Numbered from the stretch's first letter, positions 25,355 to 39,968 are shown. The stretch: 64,000 nt of DNA from Octopus bimaculoides (GCF_001194135.2 NC_068990.1:86600595-86664594); one strand, 5' to 3'. Notes: generated by a model not told the origin, from the letters alone. Translations and numbers: made by a program.

Positions 25355-25575
25355 GGTTGGGGTGGATCGTTAGAGCATCAGGTAAAATGTCGTATAAGTC
25401 TTTAAAAAATTATATTCTGGGTCTTTATATTTTGAGTTCAAATCCCACCGAGGTCACATCCATCGTTCGTCTTTCCGGGGAAGATAGAATAAAATATATA
25501 CCAAGTACTGAATCGATTGAAACGAATAACCCCTACCTAACATTTCTGACCCTGTGCCAATTATGGAGACAATTA
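25355..25575 (+). mobile_element. SINE family C, old
   Basis: GAGTTCAAATCCCACCGAGGTCAC..TTTCCGGGGAAGATA..CCCTGTGCCAATTATGGAGACAATTATT. Confidence 0.6.
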
Positions 25576-25578
25576 TTT

Positions 25579-25668
<90 letters not shown>

Positions 25669-26095
25669 TACGTGTGTATATAGCACGTGATCATATAAAT
25701 TATATTCCGTATATTACATANNNNNNNNNNNNNNNNNNNNNNNNNNNNNNNNNNNNNNNNNNNNNNNNNNNNNNNNNNNNNNNNNNNNNNNNNNNNNNNN
25801 NNNNNNNNNNNNNNNNNNNNNNNNNNNNNNNNNNNNNNNNNNNNNNNNNNNNNNNNNNNNNNNNNNNNNNNNNNNNNNNNNNNNNNNNNNNNNNNNNNNN
25901 NNNNNNNNNNNNNNNNNNNNNNNNNNNNNNNNNNNNNNNNNNNNNNNNNNNNNNNNNNNNNNNNNNNNNNNNNNNNNNNNNNNNNNNNNNNNNNNNNNNN
26001 NNNNNNNNNNNNNNNNNNNNNNNNNNNNNNNNNNNNNNNNNNNNNNNNNNNNNNNNNNNNNNNNNNNNNNNNNNNNNNNNNNNNNNNNNNNNNNN

Positions 26096-26142
<47 letters not shown>

Positions 26143-28994
26143 GTATTTATATAATAATAATAGGGTAAAATTAATTAATTATCGTTATTATTTTATTATT
26201 ATTGAAATATAATTTACTCCCTGCGGGATTACTCGTAACTTCTGCGGGATTACTCGTAACACGCACATGGGTATTGAGGATGAATACATTCGGCTGTATA
26301 TTTTTGAAAGTGTTGGTTGAATATCTGTTATGCGATGACGCTTGATCGCGTACATATTTAATTCTAACACTCAAATTAATATCTTTAAATGCTGTACTGG
26401 AGATGGGAAATAAGTAAGTAAATATTACTTCACTTTAATCTCGAAACGCATATGTAGCTAATCTGAGTCGTGTGGATTCGTTATTTTTTCATATTTATAT
26501 CTTGTTTATATTTATATCTGTACATATCGTCAAAAGGGAAAGAGACATGCCCGTTTTAATCACATTTAGAAGCTGTCTAGAATATAAACATAGCAAAAGA
26601 ATGTTTCAAAGAAAGGAAATTGACTTTTGTATAAGGGTATTAGTTTTACTAGTTATGGCAGATATCGAAACTCCCAGATTTCAGCATACCGTCAAATTTA
26701 AGTATATTAACAGTTATATTTTTAAAACAATATAGACAATAATTTTAGGCTAGGAAATCAGCATATCACCAAGAATACGTAAACGGGCAGCTATTATTTT
26801 AGAAAGAGAAGAAAATAACGTTATTACTGCCATATATTGATTACTCATAAGAGGAGACATTACAGTTATTCAAGATTTTGCTGCATTAGATAATTCTATT
26901 TAAGAAATTGAAGGCGTATGATTACACAAACCCCCACCCACATATATATGCGTTTAGATGGAAAGACAGATAGATAGATAGAGAAACAGGAAGATAAATA
27001 CATACACAGATAGAAACATACATGCTTTCATACGTATTTCTAATATACATAGATACGTGTGTGTGTGTGTCTATATATATANNNNNNNNNNNNNNNNNNN
27101 NNNNNNNNNNNNNNNNNNNNNNNNNNNNNNNNNNNNNNNNNNNNNNNNNNNNNNNNNNNNNNNNNNNNNNNNNNNNNNNNNNNNNNNNNNNNNNNNNNNN
27201 NNNNNNNNNNNNNNNNNNNNNNNNNNNNNNNNNNNNNNNNNNNNNNNNNNNNNNNNNNNNNNNNNNNNNNNNNNNNNNNNNNNNNNNNNNNNNNNNNNNN
27301 NNNNNNNNNNNNNNNNNNNNNNNNNNNNNNNNNNNNNNNNNNNNNNNNNNNNNNNNNNNNNNNNNNNNNNNNNNNNNNNNNNNNNNNNNNNNNNNNNNNN
27401 NNNNNNNNNNNNNNNNNNNNNNNNNNNNNNNNNNNNNNNNNNNNNNNNNNNNNNNNNNNNNNNNNNNNNNNNNNNNNNNNNNNNNNNNNNNNNNNNNNNN
27501 NNNNNNNNNNNNNNNNNNNNNNNNNNNNNNNNNNNNNNNNNNNNNNNNNNNNNNNNNNNNNNNNNNNNNNNNNNNNNNNNNNNNNNNNNNNNNNNNNNNN
27601 NNNNNNNNNNNNNNNNNNNNNNNNNNNNNNNNNNNNNNNNNNNNNNNNNNNNNNNNNNNNNNNNNNNNNNNNNNNNNNNNNNNNNNNNNNNNNNNNNNNN
27701 NNNNNNNNNNNNNNNNNNNNNNNNNNNNNNGTGTAGTATATTCATAATATATGCAACATGATATGATACATATAGGCATGTAGCATTCATATATCTGCAT
27801 GAATATATGTTAATGGGTATCAGATATATATTATATATATGTATATATATGTGTGTGTGTGTGTTTATATTTGTGTATAACATACACATACAAATGTGTG
27901 TATGCATATACACACAAACATACATACATTCATATATATATATGTGTGTATATACACACACACACACACACATATATGTACACATACACACATGTAGATG
28001 TGTGTGTATTTATATATCTATCTATATCTGGTTATCTATCTATCTATCTATATACGTACATATATATACATATGTACATATATAAATACACACAGATGCA
28101 GACACAGACATACCCACAAAAACACACACACACACCCACACACACACACACATACAAGCACACTCACTCCCATACACCTACAGACGTAGTTAATACAGAT
28201 CGCTGAATTATGCAGTATTAAATGAAGCGGTTGCATTCACCGAGAATTTCCGTCTCCCTTGGTAAATACAATTGAATACTAGAAATTCATCTTGGTCCTA
28301 CTTGTTCGGTAAATCAATTCTCAGTATTAATCTACATATTTTAAATCAATTACGCCATATTATATGGCAATAATTAGCAGTTTACATCGAAATATATATC
28401 TACATATGGTTATGAAATCAGTCACAGAGGTTTATACCACAAGAACTAAAGTATAATTATGAAAAGTGTTGACACCATAAAGAAAGATATTAATAACTGA
28501 GGATCATTAGATACATGTATTATTAAAATTAATTAGTAGTTTACCTGTTAAGGTAGCCAATTTCAATCATCAGTTAATCTAACTGACAAAGAGGAGAGCA
28601 TACTTGTATTAGTACTAATGCTGCCTATCCCACTTCAATATATTGTTGTACGATGTGGGGTATCAACCTCAGGATCACCTCTTGTGCGTAATACGATGAA
28701 GTGAGGTACAAAATTGAATAATGTTCCTGCAACTGTTATGTAATTTTTTTCGGCGTTTCACCGAAACGTGTGTATGTCCTATAAACCAGGCGCGCATGCG
28801 AGCTGAAAAGGGTAAGTAAGAGGAATGCAGTATTTAAAAAGAAAAAACAAAACAAAACACGGATGGAGAAATGTATAAATTTGATGGCACTGGTGAAAAA
28901 TCTAAAAGTGATGTAAGAGATACAAATGTCCAGAATAAGTAAAAGCGGCTAAAAGATTGATAAAGCAAGTGATGAAAAAAAAAGGTTATCTTAT

Positions 28995-29200
28995 ACATAT
29001 TTCGGTGATTAGACTGCGGTCATGCTGGGCCACCGTCTCGAAGAATTTGTGGTCGAATGAATCGACCCCGGTACTTATTTTTGTGAGTGTGGTACTTATT
29101 CTATCGAGCTATTCTGCCGAACCGCTGCGTCACGGAAATGTAAACACACCAGCATCGGTTTTCAAGCGGTGGTGGGGAACACACGGGCTCGTGCTCAAAT
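28995..29200 (-). mobile_element. SINE family A 3' half
   Basis: GACTGCGGTCATGCTGG..TACTTATTCTATCG..GAACCGCT..GTAAACACACCAGCATCGGTT. Confidence 0.8.
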
Positions 29201-29864
29201 ATGGTAGACGGAAACTGAAATAAGCACATCCTATATATATATATATATNNNNNNNNNNNNNNNNNNNNNNNNNNNNNNNNNNNNNNNNNNNNNNNNNNNN
29301 NNNNNNNNNNNNNNNNNNNNNNNNNNNNNNNNNNNNNNNNNNNNNNNNNNNNNNNNNNNNNNNNNNNNNNNNNNNNNNNNNNNNNNNNNNNNNNNNNNNN
29401 NNNNNNNNNNNNNNNNNNNNNNNNNNNNNNNNNNNNNNNNNNNNNNNNNNNNNNNNNNATATATATATATATATATATATATATACGTACGTACATATGT
29501 CTGTATGTCTGTATGTATGTATTCCACTTTCTTTTTCGTTATTGTCTGGCACCAGACAGTCATGGTGCCGTACCGTCTTGATAGCGATGAACTTTCGCTA
29601 TGAGTGAAATGTATATTAAAGTAATCCAACAGTAGCTTGTAGCTTTGTGTCATCCCGGATGAAAATCGTATCATGTATCTTTCATCTCTCTTTCTCGCTC
29701 ACTCCTCTGCCTCTCACTCTCATTCCCCCTCTCTCTGTTCTTTCGATATTTAGCTGTTTTTTTTCCTTGATGATCTCTTTGTCTCTGTCTATATATCAAA
29801 CGTTTCGTTCTATAGCAATTCATTTTGCTTGCGACATGTCTCTTTCATTTACTCATTCTGTATG

Positions 29865-29944
<80 letters not shown>

Positions 29945-31627
29945 GATAAAATTAGTAAGCCTCAAGTACTGAGGTCAAGTATATTTACTTCAATCGATTG
30001 CATCNNNNNNNNNNNNNNNNNNNNNNNNNNNNNNNNNNNNNNNNNNNNNNNNNNNNNNNNNNNNNNNNNNNNNNNNNNNNNNNNNNNNNNNNNNNNNNNN
30101 NNNNNNNNNNNNNNNNNNNNNNNNNNNNNNNNNNNNNNNNNNNNNNNNNNNNNNNNNNNNNNNNNNNNNNNNNNNNNNNNNNNNNNNNNNNNNNNNNNNN
30201 NNNNNNNNNNNNNNNNNNNNNNNNNNNNNNNNNNNNNNNNNNNNNNNNNNNNNNNNNNNNNNNNNNNNNNNNNNNNNNNNNNNNNNNNNNNNNNNNNNNN
30301 NNNNNNNNNNNNNNNNNNNNNNNNNNNNNNNNNNNNNNNNNNNNNNNNNNNNNNNNNNNNNNNNNNNNNNNNNNNNNNNNNNNNNNNNNNNNNNNNNNNN
30401 NNNNNNNNNNNNNNNNNNNNNNNNNNNNNNNNNNNNNNNNNNNNNNNNNNNNNNNNNNNNNNNNNNNNNNNNNNNNNNNNNNNNNNNNNNNNNNNNNNNN
30501 NNNNNNNNNNNNNNNNNNNNNNNNNNNNNNNNNNNNNNNNNNNNNNNNNNNNNNNNNNNNNNNNNNNNNNNNNNNNNNNNNNNNNNNNNNNNNNNNNNNN
30601 NNNNNNNNNNNNNNNNNNNNNNNNNNNNNNNNNNNNNNNNNNNNNNNNNNNNNNNNNNNNNNNNNNNNNNNNNNNNNNNNNNNNNNNNNNNNNNNNNNNN
30701 NNNNNNNNNNNNNNNNNNNNNNNNNNNNNNNNNNNNNNNNNNNNNNNNNNNNNNNNNNNNNNNNNNNNNNNNNNNNNNNNNNNNNNNNNNNNNNNNNNNN
30801 NNNNNNNNNNNNNNNNNNNNNNNNNNNNNNNNNNNNNNNNNNNNNNNNNNNNNNNNNNNNNNNNNNNNNNNNNNNNNNNNNNNNNNNNNNNNNNNNNNNN
30901 NNNNNATATATATATATATATATATATATACATACTATATATATGTGTGTGTGCGAGTGTGTGTGTTTGTGTGTGTTTGTGTGTGCTTCATTAGATGCGT
31001 GATTTGTGTTTTGTATTTCAGATTTCTCATGTTTCCTTGTTAGGTTTTTTAGCGTCGGTTTGGAAGAGTATATTTTCTAAATTCCCTAAATCCATATCCG
31101 ATGCCTGTAGACCTCAGCTTCATTATCATGAATTGCACTGGATATATCTGGCTTTTGTTTTGCTTCTTATACAATAATTGAAATCTCGTCAAAGGTTTTT
31201 GACCGTTAGCATCACACAAAAATAGATTCATTATGGAAACCATACACATATTGCATTACCAAAATTAACATGCAAACATACACCTCAAAAAATTAACACG
31301 TGGTTATTATCACCCACATGCCGACACATACACTCATATACATATTGGTGGTAAAGGCTATCTGAATTTAGTCAATATATAAATAATGCGAACGCCAAGC
31401 ATATACAGTTGTATTCTAGATAATGAAACTGGGAAGGTGTAGAAACGACAGATAAAGATTTAGGAAAACTAGTGTTCCAAACCAACCGTAAAAAGTTAAT
31501 GAAAAAATATTAAAAATAAAAAGAATACACAAGATATAAAACTTGAACATAGTTACGTATTTAATGAAACATGCATAAAATAAAAGCTCTTCCTTTTACA
31601 ACTTCAGTGAATTTGCGTTTTACTAGT

Positions 31628-32157
31628 TCCAACTGCTAAAAAGCACATTCACTGCGATTACCGTGGAAAAAATTTTCTCTTATGGTAAAAAGGTGTAAAA
31701 TACCATATCTGTCCAGTTTCGCATTCTATCATGATTCTCAGACACCGTTGGTTCTAGCTCCTTAGCCGTTATCAATGGGAAATATACCTAAAAGGAAAAG
31801 CCTTTTAGCAGCTGAAATATGTCCCAAACATTTTTTACAAGCGTAAACATTGCTTATGCCTAAACACTGCTTGGCGCTAATATTAGTGTAATTCTCACGA
31901 CCTGGCAGTCTACTGGTGCAAATCAGTCAATTTTGTTGATTGTATTCTAGTTAAAGCTAGATGCTTTAATAAGGTCTGTCCAGAGTAGCCTCTTTTAGAT
32001 ATCTCCCATTGATAACAACTAAGGAGCTAGAAACATCGATGACTGGGAATCCTGATAGATGGCGACACTGGACAAATATGGTGTTTTTACACCTTTTTAT
32101 CATACGAGTAAAAATTCTCCATGATAACTGCAGATAATTTGCCTTTTAGCTGTTGAA
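31628..32157. mobile_element. MITE-like element with about 165-bp terminal inverted repeats
   Basis: 31628-31795 is an imperfect reverse complement of 31990-32157. Examples: TTCTAGCTCCTTAG (31752) vs CTAAGGAGCTAGAA (32019), and AAAAAGGTGTAAAATACCATATCTGTCCAG (31687) vs CTGGACAAATATGGTGTTTTTACACCTTTTT (32068). Confidence 0.8.
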
Positions 32158-32241
32158 ATGTGTCACTAACATATTTTAACTACCCCAAACTTATATATAT
32201 GTGTGTGTATGCATGTATTTATGTATGTATGTATGCATGAA

Positions 32242-32281
<40 letters not shown>

Positions 32282-32294
32282 TGTTTGGGTGTGT

Positions 32295-32490
32295 GTCTTG
32301 TCTGTCTCCCTTCATTGCTTGACAACCGGTGTTGATGTGTTTACATTCCCGTACCTTAGCGGTTCGGTGACAGCGACCGTTGGGTAAGTACCAGTCTTAA
32401 AAATTGTACTGGGGTCAATTCATTCGACTACAAGTTCTTCAAAGAGGTGCTCCAGTATGGCTACAGTCTAATGACTGAAGCAAGCAAAAG
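32295..32490 (+). mobile_element. SINE family A 3' half
   Basis: TTGCTTGACAACCGG..CTTAGCGGTTCGG..CTCCAGTATGGC..ATGACTGAAGCAAGCAAAAG. Confidence 0.8.
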
Positions 32491-32583
32491 CTAAACGATC
32501 TATGTTATATATACATATATACCTATATGTGTGTGTGCGTGTGCGTGTGCGTGTGCGTATATGTGTGTATACACGTGTATGTG

Positions 32584-32616
<33 letters not shown>

Positions 32617-32626
32617 NNNNNNNNNN

Positions 32627-32658
<32 letters not shown>

Positions 32659-33578
32659 ACGGAAAGTGAGCTAGATAAATATCGATATAGATATGAACAA
32701 ATTAGAAATTAATATAGTTTTCCAAAATATGACGAGAGTGGTGAGATACCTATTGGCAAAACAGTAATATAATCAGATTTGCAGAATCAAATGTCGCCCG
32801 TTATTTTGCATGGGATCGATTTCAAATAGCGTCCTATAAATATATTTTTATATTTCGTTAAGTAAATTAATTTTTTCCCGTTTTGCTGAATACAAGACAC
32901 GGGGAATTGTCACAACACCGATGTACAATTTGTAAATACAATTCAATTATTATAGCGACAATAATTCAGTTATACTGATAATAATTGAATAACAATGGCC
33001 ATTATTATCGCTCGGTAATAAAGATTTCTAATACAGATATTGACTACGCATTGTTGAGACGGTGGCGGTGCTGGTGTTGTTGTTGTTGGTGGTGGTGTTG
33101 GTGATGGTGGTGTACTGTTGTTGAGTACTGGCTTTATTGATAACTAAAAGATGAAATGCAGAACTCAGTGGAGGTTGAATTTGAAAGTAGAACTTTATAT
33201 AAATTTCTTTGTTTTTGCTTCTCCTCCTTATCTCGATATTCTGCTATCCACTGCACTTTTAATAATTGAAAAATAATCACTGAGACTGCGCTTAGAATTT
33301 TAATGAGAAAGCAAGGCGCGACCAGTTTATCATAGCTTCCTAAACACGATTTGTTCTTAAGTTAATCATCTCAGAAAAGTGAAATACTAATTGGACCTCG
33401 ATGAAATTTCAATTCCGAACGTACAAAACTAAAGCCGTGTGATTTTTTGTCGGTCCTTTAGAGACTGTGTCACCCACTCCTATTCATTCAATACTAACAA
33501 TTAACTGATTTTGGTAATGTTTGAATAAGGGAAATTTGGATATAAACAACACATATGTATGTATATCCGTACGTATGC

Positions 33579-34290
<712 letters not shown>

Positions 34291-35084
34291 TTTATGCGGA
34301 TATTTTTTATGCGGATATTATGTATGCGGATATTTATTATTATGCGGATATTCTTACATACTGGAAGCTGTAACAAGGCAACGGATAAAAAATACAAGAT
34401 GTTGAAACTTGCTGATGAAGATAAACAAAATCAACGAACCATAACAACAGGGAGATGCCTCACTGCATCTTGCATTGTCATTTCCCTACACGTCTCTAAT
34501 GTCACAGTAAACGCTGCTAGGATAACATGACCGAAACAAGACTTTCTAGGCACATGGTTTTGCGAGACTAATAAATGCTCGGTTGTCCTAATCAGATATT
34601 TCCATGTCCTTCCTAAAACAAGAATGTATGCAGTTCGCTGCGGCTGTCAACTGAAACACTTGAATACCATCAGATAAGAGCATTAAAAGTTTTATTTATT
34701 ATTCACCACTAAACGATGCAACAGTATGATTAATTCGCCCAGGTCACGTTAACAGAATCTGTTTGTTCCTTACTAATAAGTTCTTTAAGTTTGGCATTTA
34801 AATTAGATTTATTGGTAATTAACCAATGATTTAATGCCGTTGAATCATAGGTTAATCTTTAAATATTTCGTTAATCATCAATATATTTAAGTTAATCATA
34901 ATGAATACTCTTTCACCACGTTCCACCACTGAACTGCACCACAGGCTTTCAGCTGATAGCATCGACTTTATTTCTTCCTTCTGTTACATATTTAAATCGA
35001 TCTTTATCGAATAAGTTTTTAGTGTTAAGAAATACAACACCAGCAACAACACCAGCGGCAGTAGCAGCAGCAGCAACAGCAAAA

Positions 35085-35150
<66 letters not shown>

Positions 35151-35159
35151 GATAATATT

Positions 35160-35276
35160 TATTCCTACTCTGGCACAAGGCCTTGAAAATTTTGGGTGAA
35201 GGGGGCTAGTCGATTGTATCGACTCCAGTTCGTAACTGGTACTTATTTCATCGATCCCGAAAAGACGAAAGGCAAA
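35160..35276 (-). mobile_element. SINE family C 3' part
   Basis: GGCACAAGGCC.TGAAAATTTTGGG..GTCGATTGTATCGACTCCAG..CTGGTACTTATTTCATCGATCCCGAAAAG, abutting a (TAC)n array. Confidence 0.8.
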
Positions 35277-35388
35277 TGTTTATATATCTGTATATGTGTA
35301 TACAGAGATATGTGCATACGTACGTGCATACCTACGTAGATGCATACACACGCACGCGCGCACACACATGCACGCGCGCACACACATG

Positions 35389-35442
<54 letters not shown>

Positions 35443-35960
35443 NNNNNNNNNNNNNNNNNNNNNNNNNNNNNNNNNNNNNNNNNNNNNNNNNNNNNNNNNN
35501 NNNNNNNNNNNNNNNNNNNNNNNNNNNNNNNNNNNNNNNNNNNNNNNNNNNNNNNNNNNNNNNNNNNNNNNNNNNNNNNNNNNNNNNNNNNNNNNNNNNN
35601 NNNNNNNNNNNNNNNNNNNNNNNNNNNNNNNNNNNNNNNNNNNNNNNNNNNNNNNNNNNNNNNNNNNNNNNNNNNNNNNNNNNNNNNNNNNNNNNNNNNN
35701 NNNNNNNNNNNNNNNNNNNNNNNNNNNNNNNNNNNNNNNNNNNNNNNNNNNNNNNNNNNNNNNNNNNNNNNNNNNNNNNNNNNNNNNNNNNNNNNNNNNN
35801 NNNNNNNNNNNNNNNNNNNNNNNNNNNNNNNNNNNNNNNNNNNNNNNNNNNNNNNNNNNNNNNNNNNNNNNNNNNNNNNNNNNNNNNNNNNNNNNNNNNN
35901 NNNNNNNNNNNNNNNNNNNNNNNNNNNNNNNNNNNNNNNNNNNNNNNNNNNNNNNNNNNN

Positions 35961-35997
<37 letters not shown>

Positions 35998-38164
35998 GTG
36001 TGTATAAATTTGTGTACGTTGGTATCGTTGTGTGTATGAACGTTCGTTGTAGTTGAATCACGACCATAGATACATGTTTGACATAAACTTTTACATAGAT
36101 CTTTATACGCACGCGTGCACACACATAGACACACGCGCATAGTCAGACAGACACACATGGACAAACACAGACATACACAGATATTTGGAACTGATGGTAT
36201 TTTTCCCACTCATTAATTCCTCACTGGTAACGTTGTTATTGAATATCCTGTTTTAAATGTTTTTCTCTGTTTATCTTCGTTCTTCTTTCAATAAACCTTC
36301 TCTGATTATTCTTGCTTTATCCTTCCTTTCTTTCTTTTCCTTCCTTTCTTTCTTTCTGCCTTTTCATTTCTCTGTTTCCTTTACTTTCTTTCATTACTTT
36401 CAGAGCCAATTAATTGAAAAAAAAGAAGAAACCTATTTTTGAAGTGCACTTTTCTCTTTCGCTATCAATTCCTAATTGAGCGATAGTTTTCCTCTATCTT
36501 CACTTTTTCACTCCAAATCACAACTTTATACCACACTTTATTTCTCCGCCCTTTTCACTCAACTTCCTTGTCATTTCCTTCGTCCTACTTCTTCTCTATC
36601 ATCCACCACATACTCCCTATAACCGTGTCTTATATTCAAGTTTATTCTACTTTCACTCAACATTTATTTACATAACATGTGAAAGAAAGACAACGTTATA
36701 CATCTGGCCGTATCTATTTGAAGTAAACAGACAACTGCCCTGGAACTTTACAACGGCAGTTAACAAATAACAATGTTTGGCTTAGTTTGGTTTTGTTCTC
36801 GGCAGTTTAACTTCGTATAATCATATATAATTTAGCAACTAATGCTCTACAGATCTTATATAATGATTTCTAGCAGACACAAACCCACAAACTTTAATGA
36901 AAAGATGTAGATGATTTTTATAGAGCTCTGAATCTGATTGGTACTCGTTTTATCAAGCTGACAGACAACCTGCAGTACATGACTGATACCTATTTATCAG
37001 AACTCGGTAAAGTGAAAGTAACGCTGACTTCGGTTGTATTAGAACTCATAACTTAAATTCAAAAGACAAATGCATGATATTTATCGAATACATTACCCAT
37101 GCTATGATTCAACCGTTACTATTTAATTTTAACCAAAGTTTAGACCCATTCTTTCAAATTCTATTCTCAAGATATGAATTTGAAACTACAGTAAAATTTA
37201 ATTACTGCAAGTACAATGGAATCGAAACCAGGTCTACTTATTACATATAATTCACAGCTGTAAGCAGAAGCGAAATGTAGAATTGATTGAATCGACGACA
37301 CATTCTGTTCAAACTTAATCGCTGGTGGTTTTGTAAGACAACTTCTGTTCCAGAAGACGTGCAGTCTTTGCCTCTCTAGCGCTACTTCACAGGTGTCTGT
37401 GTCGGTTTACCTCTGCCAACGTCCAATAATTCATTCATATCTGTTCCTTTTGATATCCGTATTATTACCTATTACCTTGCAGGCATTACACTTCTCATTT
37501 TCTTCAATCCCCGACAGTTCATTGTAACAGTTAACTTAAAAGTTATTGATAAACATTAAGCATACCTACTGCAGTCTCCTCAGAAGAATCGAGAAGGCCA
37601 TGAAGACTCCAATTTCTTCCAGAATAAGTCATTTAAAGAAACTACCTTAAATATATTATCATCTTATACAGGAAAGATATCTCACACCTACTTCAGGATA
37701 TATTATGGGCAACATATATAGATGTCGACAACACGTGTTATTTCTGATTTGGTAAATTTAATTAGCGTACATTTAATCAAAGGTTAACTTGAATTTGAAG
37801 GACAAACAGAGCTGTGTCTTCTCTTATTTCAATGTTTCAGCTAACTAGTTTCGATCATTGGAGTGCAATCATGCCTTAGAACTATCTTCAAAAGCGATTA
37901 TAATATCGATGGTATCGATTCAGGTATTTATTTATGTCTAACTTCATAAAATGTTTAATCAATAGTCCATAGGCTGACGATTTCTTAGAAAGACATCGTA
38001 CAATATATATGATTACCATCAACTAGAAATTTTAAGAATATGAGAGTATTGTAGTTCGCTTGAAGGATTGCGTATTGTTTGTAAAGAATAAAACGTTTTG
38101 AATGGAACAACAATGCACTATAATACAAACAATGGGCTATATACCTGTTGTAATTTAGTCATCC

Positions 38165-38205
38165 ATAGTCTGATATTTCGGAATAAAATTCCTTCTTCAG
38201 ATATT
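38165..38205 (-). ncRNA. Degenerate minimal hammerhead-like motif
   Basis: Minus strand reads CTGAAGA-A-GGAAT(TTT)ATTCC-GAAA-TATC-AGA. Core and stem II are intact and stem III is the palindrome ATAT with an ATC triplet, but stem I does not pair. Confidence 0.4.
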
Positions 38206-38489
38206 CTTAGATGGAGTCGCTGCTATAATCGGTTTTCCAACGACTTTTCTTTTTTTAAGATATCGTTATAAGCATCTCAGAAACGTAGATATGAAATTTC
38301 CAAACATATTTGTGCTTATATTAAAATTTCTAATCCTGCCCAATCGCCTATTGAATGGGAGATACCGTTTGTAATAATTGTGACCGTTGGGATAAAATAC
38401 TTCTGAATTTCTGTTCATCGAGACACTTTAAATAAACATATATACACGGGGAAAGGCACATATGTACATACACACACACGTATTCATAC

Positions 38490-38610
38490 GTACACAATCA
38501 CAAAGCTTCGGACAAATCCAGACGTCTATCAAAGACATCGGACACAGTGATTTCGAACGCGGAACTACGTATTTGTGAAGTGTACTTCTGAACCGTACAG
38601 CTATACCTGC
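38490..38610 (-). mobile_element. SINE family A head, old
   Basis: Degenerate reverse complement of the family A head (GCAGGTATAGCTGTACGGTTCAGAAG..GTTCCGCGTTCGAAATCACTGTG). Confidence 0.5.
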
Positions 38611-38910
38611 ATCTCTACCTTATGTATTTTTCCATTTCTAAGATAATTTTCAAAAAACTATTTAAATATTTCTTCCAACTAACAACAGTTACTGCATATT
38701 TTACACCATATTACAATATTTTAAGCGGTATTATATATACTTTCTTATTATATTTAAGCAGAAAAGTTCTGGAAGATAGCTTGTGGCTAAAAATGTGTTT
38801 TTGATTTATATAACTACAAGTAACTGTCTTAAAATTTCCTATTTACATTTTGAGTTACAGTAATGTAGTCTACATCTATTACCATTACTTGACTCTCACA
38901 CACACACATG

Positions 38911-38943
<33 letters not shown>

Positions 38944-39674
38944 ATACATGCCTACCTGAATACATACATACATCTGTACATATATGATGCATCCTTCCCC
39001 ACAAATATGTCGAATATATATATATATATATANNNNNNNNNNNNNNNNNNNNNNNNNNNNNNNNNNNNNNNNNNNNNNNNNNNNNNNNNNNNNNNNNNNN
39101 NNNNNNNNNNNNNNNNNNNNNNNNNNNNNNNNNNNNNNNNNNNNNNNNNNNNNNNNNNNNNNNNNNNNNNNNNNNNNNNNNNNNNNNNNNNNNNNNNNNN
39201 NNNNNNNNNNNNNNNNNNNNNNNNNNNNNNNNNNNNNNNNNNNNNNNNNNNNNNNNNNNNNNNNNNNNNNNNNNNNNNNNNNNNNNNNNNNNNNNNNNNN
39301 NNNNNNNNNNNNNNNNNNNNNNNNNNNNNNNNNNNNNNNNNNNNNNNNNNNNNNNNNNNNNNNNNNNNNNNNNNNNNNNNNNNNNNNNNNNNNNNNNNNN
39401 NNNNNNNNNNNNNNNNNNNNNNNNNNNNNNNNNNNNNNNNNNNNNNNNNNNNNNNNNNNNNNNNNNNNNNNNNNNNNNNNNNNNNNNNNNNNNNNNNNNN
39501 NNNNNNNNNNNNNNNNNNNNNNNNNNNNNNNNNNNNNNNNNNNNNNNNNNNNNNNNNNNNNNNNNNNACACATATGTATATGTATATATATATAAGGTAT
39601 GTATATGTATATAGGAATATACGTATATTTATATTCATATATATACACATAAACATAGATATATGTGTATCTAC

Positions 39675-39722
<48 letters not shown>

Positions 39723-39841
39723 GTGTGTGTGTGTGTGTGTGCGTGTGTGTGTGTGTGTGTGTGCATCAGTGTGTGTGCATCAGTGTGTGTGTGTAGACTC
39801 TCCCACTCTCATTTTGTATATATTATTGATGTTTTCTACAG

Positions 39842-39968
39842 ATATTCTGAGAACTGAAGATCTTGGTTTAATTGGCATTAATTCTGGGTGCGTTGAAACG
39901 TTGATATTGAAGTTAGCAAGGCAACAATTTGTAATCGATACTTCTGTGCTAGAACCAGTAGACAATAG
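39842..39968 (+). CDS. Candidate coding exon, product unknown
   Basis: Acceptor TGATGTTTTCTACAG, one open frame (ILRTEDLGLIGINSGCVETLILKLARQQFVIDTSVLEPVDN), weak donor AG|GTGAAA. Phase-compatible with 40633-40711. No recognised homology. Confidence 0.22.

Noticed and set aside
28780-28820. TATA box + GCGCATGCG + GTAAGT donor as a promoter or first exon
   Set aside because: The expected start site would fall only 2-3 nt before the donor, and there is no other support.
37479-37632. Two in-phase minus-strand exon-like segments
   Set aside because: The implied intron is only 31 nt and there is no homology; likely chance.
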